Positions 50,413-59,513 of a DNA stretch of 60,460 nt are shown one piece after another (positions within the stretch are counted from its first letter, which is position 1; every line of letters starts with the position of its first letter). The position numbers and the translations under genes were made by a program. Where the stretch lies: contig NZ_JALAGT010000111.1 of NCBI RefSeq assembly GCF_022712295.1, forward strand, positions 1-60,460, given 5' to 3'. The stretch comes from Galactobacter sp. GTDB taxonomy: Bacteria; Actinomycetota; Actinomycetes; Actinomycetales; Micrococcaceae. Below the pieces are notes generated by a model that saw only the letters and a program-made list of their open reading frames with translations, did not search any database and was not told where the DNA came from.

Positions 50413-51744
50413 ATGAGTGATACAGCCCGCCCGGGTCCCGAAGCCGCTCCGAGAGAGCGGTTACGTCTGGACCGCAAGATCGTTTCGTGGTCGCTGTGGG
50501 ACGCGGGCTCCGCTGCGGTCAACGCCGTCATGACCACATTCGTCTTCACGGTGTACCTGACCTCGTCCCTCTTCGGGGACAAGGACGCCAATACGTCCGC
50601 TCTGTCCACGGGGATGACCATCACCGGCGTGATCATTGCGCTCGTGGCCCCGGTCCTCGGGTTACGGTCCGATCGCGGCGGTCGGCGCAAGTTCTGGCTG
50701 GCCGTCTACACCGGCATCATCGTGGTCTCGTGCGGGCTCTGCTTCTTCGTCCAGCCGTCTCACTCATTCCTCTGGCTTGGCATCATCCTGTTGTGCATGG
50801 CGACGCTTGGCGGGGAGCTGGCCAGCGTGAATTACTACGCGATGCTTCCGCAGATCTCCTCGCCAGCAACCATGGGTCGCGTCTCCGGGTTCGGTTGGTC
50901 CTTCGGCTACTTCGGCGGCATCCTCGCCTTGTCCTTGGTGCTGTTCCTGTTCGTCCAGCCGGCCTTCGATTGGCCCGGCGGATCGGACGAGAACGGGCTC
51001 AACCTACGGCTGGTCGCCGTCTTCTGCGCGGTGTGGACGCTCGCGTTCTCTCTGCCCGTGTTCTTCGCAGTGCCGGAAGTGGACTCGGTTCCCGGTCCCA
51101 AGCGCTCCGTCCTGGGTTCCTACAAGGAGTTGGGCCTGGTCATCGCCAAGTTCTGGCGAGAGGACCGCCCCACCCTGTATTTCCTCGGTGCCCAGGCCGT
51201 CTACCGCGACGGGCTTGCCGCCGTCTTCACGTTCGGCGGCGTCATCGCGGGCACCGTGTTCGGCATGGGCCAGGCAGACGTGATCATCTTCGCGATCGCC
51301 GGGAACGTGGTGGCCGCACTCGGCGCGCTGGCCGGTGGATGGTTGGAGGACCGTGTGGGCCCACGAGCCGTCATCAGCTTCTGCCTTGGCGGGCTGGTCC
51401 TCACGGGCTTCGGGATCTTCTTCTCCCCCGGCCCGTCCGGGTTCTGGGTTTTCGGGCTGGTGATGTGTGCACTCGTTGGACCCGCCCAGTCCTCCTCCCG
51501 GTCCTTCCTCGCCAGACGAGCCACGCCGCACACCGCGGGTGAACTCTTCGGCCTCTACACCACCACTGGGAGGGCCGTGTCCTTCCTGGCGCCGGCCCTG
51601 TTCACGCTCGGGGCTGTGATCGCCAAGGCGGCGGGTGTCACCGGTGAGGGCAATGCCACGCGTTACGGTGTGCTCGGCATCGTCGTGGTGCTGGCGCTGG
51701 GGCTCTTCCTGTTCTGGCTGGGCCGTGAACGCCGCAGGGCATGA
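50413..51744 (+). CDS. MFS transporter (UMF1/ATG22-like)
   Basis: SWSLWD, GRVSGFGWSFGYFGG and ELFGLY; about 12 TM segments. Confidence 0.88.
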   Translation: MSDTARPGPEAAPRERLRLDRKIVSWSLWDAGSAAVNAVMTTFVFTVYLTSSLFGDKDANTSALSTGMTITGVIIALVAPVLGLRSDRGGRRKFWLAVYTGIIVVSCGLCFFVQPSHSFLWLGIILLCMATLGGELASVNYYAMLPQISSPATMGRVSGFGWSFGYFGGILALSLVLFLFVQPAFDWPGGSDENGLNLRLVAVFCAVWTLAFSLPVFFAVPEVDSVPGPKRSVLGSYKELGLVIAKFWREDRPTLYFLGAQAVYRDGLAAVFTFGGVIAGTVFGMGQADVIIFAIAGNVVAALGALAGGWLEDRVGPRAVISFCLGGLVLTGFGIFFSPGPSGFWVFGLVMCALVGPAQSSSRSFLARRATPHTAGELFGLYTTTGRAVSFLAPALFTLGAVIAKAAGVTGEGNATRYGVLGIVVVLALGLFLFWLGRERRRA

Positions 51745-51769
51745 CCGGTCGGCGCCGACTACTGCGGGA

Positions 51770-52351
51770 TCAGTCCCCGAGGAGCGTCCGATGGAAATTC
51801 AGGTGCGAACGCGAGGCCGTGGGGCCGCGCTGACCCATGTAACGGTTGAGGTTGTCCCCCGTGCCGTACGGGTGCTCCGCCGGTGATGAGAGGCGGAAGA
51901 AACACAACTGCCCGATCTTGGAGCCTGGCCACAGCTTGATGGGCAGGGTCGCCACGTTGGACAGCTCCAAGGTGACATGCCCCGTGAAGCCCGGATCCAC
52001 GAATCCGGCCGTGGAGTGGGTCAAAAGCCCAAGCCTGCCCAGGGAGCTCTTGCCTTCCAACCGAGCCGCGACATCGTCGGGCAGCGTGACCTGTTCATAC
52101 GTGGAACCGAGCACGAACTCGCCCGGGTGGAGCACGAAGGGCTCGTCGGGAGCCACCTCGACGAGTCGAGTCAACTCCGGCTGATCCTGTGACGGATCGA
52201 TGTGGGCGTACTTGTGGTTGTCGAAGAGCCGGAAGTACCGGTCGATGCGCACGTCCACGGAGGACGGCTGGATCATCGAGGTGTCCAGCGGGTCCAGGCG
52301 GATACGGTCGGCGTCGAGTTCGGCGCGGATGTCACGATCTGAGAGGAGCAC
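51770..52351 (-). CDS. dcd: dCTP deaminase
   Basis: IQPSSVD and [27 protein letters not shown]. Confidence 0.97.
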   Translation of the reverse strand: MLLSDRDIRAELDADRIRLDPLDTSMIQPSSVDVRIDRYFRLFDNHKYAHIDPSQDQPELTRLVEVAPDEPFVLHPGEFVLGSTYEQVTLPDDVAARLEGKSSLGRLGLLTHSTAGFVDPGFTGHVTLELSNVATLPIKLWPGSKIGQLCFFRLSSPAEHPYGTGDNLNRYMGQRGPTASRSHLNFHRTLLGD

Positions 52352-52402
52352 GCCCCCAAAACTACCGTGTGGGTGGGCTGATGCACGTGTTAATGTCCCT
52401 GC

Positions 52403-53359
52403 ATGCGAATCACCCCGTTGATTCTGACGTCTGCAGCGGCCGTACTCCTGGTCGGCGTCGTCGGCTGCGACGGCTCGAAACCCGAGCGGGTGGAGGCCGC
52501 GGACGTCAGTCAGGCCAAGGGCCTGCCTCAGCTCCTGTCCACGATGCCCGCCGCCATCTCAACCGACACAGCCATCACGTTCAGTGCTGAGTCCGTTCTG
52601 GCCAAGGATGATGCCCTGTCGGACCTCAAGCAGGGGGTGCGGGGCATGGGTGCCCCGTCCTTGGCCCGTTACACACACGTTCTCAAGGAGGATCTGGCCA
52701 TCGACCTCATGGGTGCCGACGTCGTCGTCACGGTGGGCGCCCCTCCGAAACAGGTCACCTTGATCAGTGGGGGGCAGGATGCGGAGGCCATCATCGAGGC
52801 CGCCAAGGAGCAAGGCTGGGAGGGCGACAAGGTCCTGAGCCAGGAGTTGGACATGCAGGGCAACGTCCTGACCGTCTCCGTTGGCCACATCCTGGCGAAG
52901 GGAGACTCCGTGATGTTGGGGGGCCAGTCCGCCGATCTCACGGCAAAGCCGGGGAACGTACCTGAATCGATGAAGGCCCTGTCGAAATGCCTCGGCTCCT
53001 CGCCGGTCGCGAGCATCGACGGGAGCGATGCGGTCGTCAGCGCTATCGGCCTGAAGCAGGGCTCGCCTGTTTCCGGTGTCATCTGCACCTTCGACACCAG
53101 CCGGTCAGCAGCGAAATCTCGCGGCGAGGGCATCGAGGAAGCTGTAGAGAACGACTTGAGCGTGACTCGGCTTCGGTACAGCGACATGCTGAGCGTCGAC
53201 AAGGTCAGCCATCCGACGGCGACCACGAGCAGGGTCGATGTCAGCTTCCCGGACCAGCGGCCTCCGTCCGTGCTGTGGCAGATGCAGCAACGCCGTGACA
53301 TCCCCGGTGTGAGCGGCCCCGACCCCTTGGATAGCTTGAGGGGCCGCTCCTCCCCGTAG
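52403..53359 (+). CDS. Putative lipoprotein of unknown function
   Basis: Signal peptide ending in VVGC; TAATGT lies 6 nt before the ATG. Confidence 0.7.
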   Translation: MRITPLILTSAAAVLLVGVVGCDGSKPERVEAADVSQAKGLPQLLSTMPAAISTDTAITFSAESVLAKDDALSDLKQGVRGMGAPSLARYTHVLKEDLAIDLMGADVVVTVGAPPKQVTLISGGQDAEAIIEAAKEQGWEGDKVLSQELDMQGNVLTVSVGHILAKGDSVMLGGQSADLTAKPGNVPESMKALSKCLGSSPVASIDGSDAVVSAIGLKQGSPVSGVICTFDTSRSAAKSRGEGIEEAVENDLSVTRLRYSDMLSVDKVSHPTATTSRVDVSFPDQRPPSVLWQMQQRRDIPGVSGPDPLDSLRGRSSP

Positions 53360-53401
53360 GATGAATCGACACTCCGCAGCCCGACCACGATAGAGGTACC
53401 C

Positions 53402-54211
53402 GTGCCCACAGCCGGTCGGCCCATCCAGGTGACCGGGCCAAGCACCTTCAAGCGCATCGTCATCGGTACGTGCATCGTGATCATCATGACCGCCATCACC
53501 GTCATCGCCTTGAAGCTCGGGATGCGAGACGGAAGCCCGGCATCGCCGAACCCCGGTTCCCCGGCGTCGCCGACAACGGCACCGAGCACGGGCACGTCGG
53601 CCGAGCCCACCGTCGGCACCTTCGCCGCACCCAAGACCACCAAGGCGGCCGGTCACCGGACCGCTCCCACGGATCCATCCGATCTCGGGGTTCTCGTCAA
53701 CAAGGAACATCCTCTGCGGCCCTCCACCTACGAGCCCAAGGATCTGGCGAGTCTGGGCGATGAGAAACTGCGCAAGCAGGCGGCCACAGCACTGCGTGAG
53801 CTGATCGCAGGAGCCAAGGAGGACGGTCATGCCCTCATGCTGGTCTCGGGGTATCGCTCCGCGGAGCGCCAGGAAAGCCTGCACCAGAGCTATGTGGAGC
53901 TCAATGGAAAGAAGAAGGCTGAGCGCTTCTCCGCCCGGGCCGGACAGAGCGAACATCAGACGGGCCTCGCAGCTGACGTCGGCAGCGGAACCTGCGACGT
54001 GAAGAAGTGCTTCGCCAACACCTATGCAGGCAAGTGGGTTGCCAAGCACGCCCATGAATACGGCTTCATCGTCCGATATCCCAAGGGGCAGGAGAAGGTC
54101 ACGGGGTACGACTACGAGCCGTGGCACCTACGCTTCCTCGGCAGGGAGGTCACCGAGGACTACGTGGCCTCCGGAGCCAAGACCCTCGAGGCCTACTACG
54201 GCATCGAGTGA
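53402..54211 (+). CDS. M15B zinc carboxypeptidase (VanY/LdcB-like)
   Basis: SGYRS...Q, SEHQTGLAAD and YEPWHLRF; N-terminal TM with a Pro/Thr linker. Confidence 0.92.
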   Translation: MPTAGRPIQVTGPSTFKRIVIGTCIVIIMTAITVIALKLGMRDGSPASPNPGSPASPTTAPSTGTSAEPTVGTFAAPKTTKAAGHRTAPTDPSDLGVLVNKEHPLRPSTYEPKDLASLGDEKLRKQAATALRELIAGAKEDGHALMLVSGYRSAERQESLHQSYVELNGKKKAERFSARAGQSEHQTGLAADVGSGTCDVKKCFANTYAGKWVAKHAHEYGFIVRYPKGQEKVTGYDYEPWHLRFLGREVTEDYVASGAKTLEAYYGIE

Positions 54212-54295
54212 GCCCACCCTGTAGCGTGGAACCAGCCGCGGTCGCCAGGCCGCAGGCCACCTCGACCCAGATCCAATCCCTGACCAGGAGCGTGC

Positions 54296-54748
54296 ATGAC
54301 CGAGCAGCCGCAGAATTCCGAGCAGCCCAACGAGGACATCATGACCCCGTTCAACGACGTGGAGCGAGCCATCGTGGAGGGATCAGAGGGCAAGCTCTCG
54401 AACAACGACGTCCTGGCGAAGATCGCGTCCTCCAGCCTGTTCTTCCTCTCCACGGAGAAGATCGAGGACAAGACCCAGAATGTGATGCCTCTGATCCTGA
54501 AGGGTCCCGAGGAACAGCACTTCCTGGCGCTGTTCACCCATCCGGAACGCGTGGCGCAGCAGTTCATCGACTCCGCCCCGTACGCCGTATCCATCCCGGG
54601 CGCCGAGGCCTTCAAGCAGGCCGGATCCCTTGGCGTGGCCATCAATCCCGGTCACCCGATCGGCCTCATGCTCGACGCCTCGAACGTGTCCACCATCCAG
54701 GGGCTGCTCGCGGACGAGCCGGAGGGCCAGGACCCCGCCGGCGCCTGA
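54296..54748 (+). CDS. SseB-family protein
   Basis: PFNDVERAI, LALFTHPER and GVAINPG; SD AGGAG. Confidence 0.75.
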   Translation: MTEQPQNSEQPNEDIMTPFNDVERAIVEGSEGKLSNNDVLAKIASSSLFFLSTEKIEDKTQNVMPLILKGPEEQHFLALFTHPERVAQQFIDSAPYAVSIPGAEAFKQAGSLGVAINPGHPIGLMLDASNVSTIQGLLADEPEGQDPAGA

Positions 54749-54774
54749 ATCCTCACATGAGATGAAGATGACCT

Positions 54775-54812
54775 GCCGGGGTAGGGCCCGATTGGACGGA
54801 CCCTACCCCGGC
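54775..54812 (+). terminator. Hairpin upstream of the tRNA promoter
   Basis: 12-bp stem GCCGGGGTAGGG/CCCTACCCCGGC. Confidence 0.6.
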
Positions 54813-54856
54813 CGGGTTATGCTTATATCGTCTGAGCCGGAATCCGGTTTGGTCGC

Positions 54857-54927
54857 GCGGCTGTAGCTCAATGGTAGAGCGCACGCTTCCCAAGCCTGAT
54901 ACGCGGGTTCGATTCCCGTCAGCCGCT
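54857..54927 (+). tRNA. tRNA-Gly(CCC), CCA not encoded
   Basis: Acceptor stem GCGGCTG/CAGCCGC, D-arm GCTC/GAGC, anticodon loop TTCCCAA, T-arm GCGGGTTCGATTCCCGT and discriminator U. Confidence 0.95.
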
Positions 54928-55042
54928 CGCACACTGACTTGGCCTCGCACCGCATCTTTCGAAAGAAGAGCGGCGGCGGGGCTTTCGTGTGTCCCGACCC
55001 CGGATCCGTTGAGACGAGGCCCACCCACCAGAAAGGTGAACC

Positions 55043-55972
55043 ATGTACGGCGTGCTCGAGGGTTTCGCGGCCATCTGGTTGGTCATCCTCACCGGCTACA
55101 TCGTGGGCCGGATGGGCCTCTTGGGCCCGCACGGCCGCGAAGTGCTGAATATGCTCACGTTCTCCGTGGCATCGCCCGCACTGCTCTTCACCACCGTCGC
55201 CAAGGCCGACCCATACAGTGTGCTCGGCCCTCAGCTGGCGGTCGCCGGGCTCTCCGCCTGCGTGGTCCTGGCACTGTACTGGTTCGGGACCCGTTGGTGG
55301 CTGCGCCGGGATGCTGGAGAACGCACCATCGGGGCCATGTCGGCCTCCACCGTGAACTCGGCCAACCTCGGCCTTCCGATCGCCACCTACGTCCTGGGAG
55401 ATCCCGCTTGGGCGGCGCCGGTGCTGCTGTTCCAGTTGGCCATCTTCACTCCAGTGAACCTCTCCATGATGGACGCCGCGACACAGCGCGCGGGCAAGGG
55501 GATCACGGGCGTACTCAAGGGCATCGTCACCAACCCGATGATCATCGGCGCCCTCGCCGGACTCGTGGTGAGTCTTCTGAAGTGGGACGTGCCCACCATC
55601 ATCTGGACTCCCCTTGATGTCCTGGCCGGCGCCTCCGTCCCGGCCATGCTGCTGGCCTTCGGCATCTCCTTGGTGGGGTCCCGGCCGCTGCAGAAGGATC
55701 TGGGACGCCGCCGGGACGTGTGGTCCGCGGTGGGCATGAAACTGCTGCTCCACCCCGTGATCGCGTGGCTGCTGGCGACCTTCGTGTTCGGGATGGATTC
55801 GCAGCACGTCTACATCGCCGTGATCCTGGCCTGCCTCCCCACGGCCCAGAACATCTTCGTCAACGCCTCCCGCTACGACTCCGGCGTCACGATCGCCAAG
55901 GACACCGTGCTCGTCACGTCTGTGCTCGGCATCCCGGTGATGTTCCTCGTCGCCGCCCTGCTGGGCGGCTGA
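55043..55972 (+). CDS. AEC (auxin efflux carrier) family transporter
   Basis: VASPALLF, NSANLGLPI, NPMIIG, KLLLHP and LPTAQN. Confidence 0.92.
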   Translation: MYGVLEGFAAIWLVILTGYIVGRMGLLGPHGREVLNMLTFSVASPALLFTTVAKADPYSVLGPQLAVAGLSACVVLALYWFGTRWWLRRDAGERTIGAMSASTVNSANLGLPIATYVLGDPAWAAPVLLFQLAIFTPVNLSMMDAATQRAGKGITGVLKGIVTNPMIIGALAGLVVSLLKWDVPTIIWTPLDVLAGASVPAMLLAFGISLVGSRPLQKDLGRRRDVWSAVGMKLLLHPVIAWLLATFVFGMDSQHVYIAVILACLPTAQNIFVNASRYDSGVTIAKDTVLVTSVLGIPVMFLVAALLGG

Positions 55973-55975
55973 TCG

Positions 55976-56023
55976 GGCGCCATGCCCGACGGCGGGTGCC
56001 CACCCACCGTCGGGCATGGCGCC
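55976..56023. terminator. Hairpin between convergent genes
   Basis: 17-bp stem GGCGCCATGCCCGACGG/CCGTCGGGCATGGCGCC. Confidence 0.8.
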
Positions 56024-56037
56024 TCGTTCTGACGGCG

Positions 56038-57321
56038 TCAGTCGGCGTTGCGGGGACGCCACCGCACGCGTTCGCGGGCCCGCGTGGTGTAGGTCTTCCA
56101 GCGGTCCCCCACCACCCCACGGTGTTCGCGTGACCAGAAGACGAGTGCCCAGAGCGCAGCGATGGTGCACACGCCCGTGCCGATGGTCAGCGCCCAACGG
56201 CCTCCGAACACCTCGGCGACCCATCCCATGATGGGCGAGCCGATGGGGGTCCCACCCTGAACCACCATGATGTAGAGCGCCATCACCCGGCCTCGATACT
56301 GAGGTGCCACGCTCATCTGGACGGTGACGTTGGCGGAGTTCAGGAACGTGATCGAGGCGAATCCGGTGGGGATCAACATCAGCGCGAACCACCAGAAGCC
56401 CGGCATCCACGCGGCGACCGCCCCGAAGACGCCGAAAAGCGCCGCACCGCCCACGGCCCATTTGACCCTTGATCCCTGCCGGCCGGCCGCGGCCAGTGCC
56501 CCGCCCAGGGTTCCGACGGCCATGATGGTCCCCACGATGCCGTAGGCGTCCGCCTCCGCGTGGAACACCGACGCCGTCATGACCGCGTTGTAGACGGGGA
56601 AGTTCATGCCGAACGTGCCCACCACGAACGCGAGGACGAAGACCATCACCAGCGTGCGGTCGTGCAGAACGTAGCTCAGCCCTTCCCGCAGCTGCCCCTT
56701 GTGGCGTTCCACCTTCACCGTGCCGCCGTAGAAGCGTTCGCGCTTCATGGCCATCAGCGCGCCGATCACGGCCACGTAGCTGGCAGCGTTGAGAACGAAC
56801 ATCCAGCCCGTTCCCACGGCGGCGATCAGCAGGCCGGAGAGTCCCGGCCCGATCAGCCGTGCGGCGTTGAAGCTCGTGGAGTTCAGGGAGACCGCGTTGG
56901 GAACCATGGGGTGCGCCACGAGTTCATTGACCAGCGCCTGCCGAGGCGGGTTGTCGAAGGACGTCACCACACCGAGGGCGAAGGCCAGCGCGTAGACGTG
57001 CCAGAGTTCCGCGGTGCCGGTGAGGACCAGGAGCCCCAGTGCAAGGGCGATGATCCCTGAGAGCGCCTGGGTGATCTTCAGAAGTTTGAGCTTGTCCATG
57101 CGGTCTGCGACCAGGCCGGCGTAGGGACTCAGGAAGAGCATGGGCAGGAATTGCAACCCGGTGACGATACCTGTGGCGGTTCCTGAGTGGTTGGTCAGCT
57201 CGGTGAGCACCAGCCAGTCCTGCGCGGTGCGCTGCATCCATGCGCCGGTGTTGGAGACCAATCCACCGAGGAACCACAGCCGGTAGTTGGGCTCCGACAA
57301 CGAGGCGAACATGCGGCTCAT
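56038..57321 (-). CDS. MFS transporter (MFS_3/H+ antiporter-like)
   Basis: NYRLWF...SNTGAWMQRTAQDWLV, NAVSLNS..FNAARLIGP and RGRVMALY. Confidence 0.92.
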   Translation of the reverse strand: MSRMFASLSEPNYRLWFLGGLVSNTGAWMQRTAQDWLVLTELTNHSGTATGIVTGLQFLPMLFLSPYAGLVADRMDKLKLLKITQALSGIIALALGLLVLTGTAELWHVYALAFALGVVTSFDNPPRQALVNELVAHPMVPNAVSLNSTSFNAARLIGPGLSGLLIAAVGTGWMFVLNAASYVAVIGALMAMKRERFYGGTVKVERHKGQLREGLSYVLHDRTLVMVFVLAFVVGTFGMNFPVYNAVMTASVFHAEADAYGIVGTIMAVGTLGGALAAAGRQGSRVKWAVGGAALFGVFGAVAAWMPGFWWFALMLIPTGFASITFLNSANVTVQMSVAPQYRGRVMALYIMVVQGGTPIGSPIMGWVAEVFGGRWALTIGTGVCTIAALWALVFWSREHRGVVGDRWKTYTTRARERVRWRPRNAD

Positions 57322-57464
57322 GCCCACACCCCCATCCGGGTGTCCGTGATGGGGTCAGGGAAGCGCATACCGTCCTTGGGATTCAGTGATTGGCTAATCC
57401 CTATGGTGCCATGGTGGGCACCGGCGCAAAAGGACGCACCTCACCAACCGGCGTATGTGCCCAC

Positions 57465-59396
57465 TCAGTTCAGGCCGCGCAGGTCCAGGTCCAGACGATC
57501 CTCGCCGCCGTCGGCCTGGATGATCGGGATGCCCCAGTCCTGCTGGTACAGGTGGCAGGCCGCGTGATCCGGGATAGGCTGTCCCTTCTCGCCGTCGCAA
57601 GAGGCTGCGCGGGCGGTGATGTGCAGAACGCCCTCGGTGACCTCGGGATTGAGCACGAGGTCGCGGGTGAGGCCCTGCGCGGTCCCGGCCCCCTCCAGAA
57701 GCAGCTCCTCCGGGGAGGAGGAGATCTTCAGCTGCGTGGGGTCACCCCAACGGTCGTCCAGCTTCTGGCCCGTGGGGGCGGAGAAGCGCACGGTCAGTGG
57801 GTAGGTTCCGGGTGCCACGGTGGTGGCCTTGCGCTGCGAACGGGAGGCCCCCTCGTCCACGGTCGCTACGTCGTGGGGCAGCGGGATCCGCACCAGCTGG
57901 TGACGATTGGTCTCCACGACCACCAACACCGGATCGCCGTCCACGGACGTATCGACGAGCACCTCGGAGGGTTCCGCGAGGTCGCGGGCCAGCGTGCCCA
58001 CGGTCTGCGTGGCCGGATCGTAGCGACGCACCGCACCGTTGTAGGTGTCGGCCAGCGCGATGGAACCATCCGGCAGCACGGCGACACCCAGCGGATGCTG
58101 CAGACGGGCCTCAGCGGCCTCACCGTCGCGATACCCGAAATCATAGAGCCCCATCCCGATGGCGGTCTCCACGGACGCGACCGTGCCATCGTCTGCCAGG
58201 TGCAGCACGCGCAGGGCCGAGGTCTCGGAGTCCGCGGTCCAGACGTCGCCCTCGGTGTCCACGACCAGCCCGGAGGTCTGGGCGAACATCGATTCGGCGG
58301 CCGAGCCGTCCAGCAGTCCCTCGATGCCGGAACCGGCTTCGAGGGTGACGGTGGCGGTCACGGGATCGAAACCGAAGATCTGGTGGGTGCCTGCCATCGC
58401 GACGATGACGCGCCCGGCCTTCTCCGACCAGACCACGGACCAGGGGGAGGACAACGAGGTGTTCAGCGCGTCTCCGCCGAGTTCACGAGCCCAACCCGAA
58501 GCGGTACGGGCCTGCTCGGCGTCCAGCAGTCGCTGCACGCCGTTGCCTGCCACCGTGTCGACCTCACCGGTTGCGAGCACCACGGAACGCAGCCGGTGGT
58601 TCACGGTGTCAGCGACGAGCACGTCGTAACCGGCCGCCTCGGCAATGGCAGCGGGAAGCACCACCGCGGACTGCGGCTCGTTGAACCGAGCCTCCTCGGC
58701 GGATCCGTCAGCGAAACCCTTGGTGCCTGAGCCGATCACCTGCTCAACTGTGCTCAGGTCGTTACCAAGCACCACCAAGCGGTGGTGACCCGTGTCCACG
58801 ATCAGGAACCGGCCGTCGGGCAGTTGGACCGCGGAGCCGGGGAATCGCAGATCGCCCTCCCGTGCCGGCGGGGCCACATACGGGCCGTCGCCGCGGTGCA
58901 GCGTGCCCTTGGCCTCGTGCTCGGCCACGAGCTCGCTGAGGAAGGAACGCAGACCGGCCACGTGTCCCTCACCGGAGAGGTGGGCCACGACGTAGCCCTC
59001 GGGGTCGATCACCACGAGCGTGGGCCAGGCACGAGCCGTGTAGGCCTGCCACGTGGACAGCTCCGGATCGTCCAGCACGGGGTGGTGGATCTCGTAGCGT
59101 TCCACGGCAGCGGCCAGGGCGTCGGGGTCCGCCTCGTGCTCGAACTTGGGCGAGTGCACACCGACCGTCACCAGGACGTCGGAGAACTCCTCCTCCAACG
59201 GGCGCAACTCGTCCAGGACGTGCAGGCAGTTGATGCAGCAGAAGGACCAGAAGTCCAACAGGACGATCTTCCCGCGCAGGCCGTTCAGGTCCAGGCTCTT
59301 GCCACCGGTGTTCAACCAGCCGCGGCCGGTGAGTTCGGAGGCGCGAACGCGGACGGCGGAACGCACCGAATCGGCACTCTGGGAGGTCTGAGTCAC
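57465..59396 (-). CDS. Thioredoxin-like plus NHL-repeat protein (NHLRC2/SOQ1-like)
   Basis: DFWSFCCINC, GVHSPKF, AWPTLVVIDPEG and NHL repeats (DTGHHR, DTVNHR, DSETS, LQHPLG, DTYNG). Confidence 0.92.
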   Translation of the reverse strand: MTQTSQSADSVRSAVRVRASELTGRGWLNTGGKSLDLNGLRGKIVLLDFWSFCCINCLHVLDELRPLEEEFSDVLVTVGVHSPKFEHEADPDALAAAVERYEIHHPVLDDPELSTWQAYTARAWPTLVVIDPEGYVVAHLSGEGHVAGLRSFLSELVAEHEAKGTLHRGDGPYVAPPAREGDLRFPGSAVQLPDGRFLIVDTGHHRLVVLGNDLSTVEQVIGSGTKGFADGSAEEARFNEPQSAVVLPAAIAEAAGYDVLVADTVNHRLRSVVLATGEVDTVAGNGVQRLLDAEQARTASGWARELGGDALNTSLSSPWSVVWSEKAGRVIVAMAGTHQIFGFDPVTATVTLEAGSGIEGLLDGSAAESMFAQTSGLVVDTEGDVWTADSETSALRVLHLADDGTVASVETAIGMGLYDFGYRDGEAAEARLQHPLGVAVLPDGSIALADTYNGAVRRYDPATQTVGTLARDLAEPSEVLVDTSVDGDPVLVVVETNRHQLVRIPLPHDVATVDEGASRSQRKATTVAPGTYPLTVRFSAPTGQKLDDRWGDPTQLKISSSPEELLLEGAGTAQGLTRDLVLNPEVTEGVLHITARAASCDGEKGQPIPDHAACHLYQQDWGIPIIQADGGEDRLDLDLRGLN

Positions 59397-59513
59397 TTCG
59401 GTATCCCTTTTCGCTTGTCGGCTGACGTGGCTGCCTCCATGCTAGGCGGCGGACGCCGCGGTCGTCGCCTTGGTGACGTCAGGCGTCACATGAGATGCCC
59501 GACGACGTGTGGT

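Noticed and set aside
53402..54211. VanY as evidence of glycopeptide resistance
   Set aside because: No vanHAX or vanRS nearby; stand-alone M15B peptidases are housekeeping wall enzymes.
54857..55042. tRNA-Gly as an integration site for an island
   Set aside because: No integrase and no duplicated tRNA 3' end were seen in the window.
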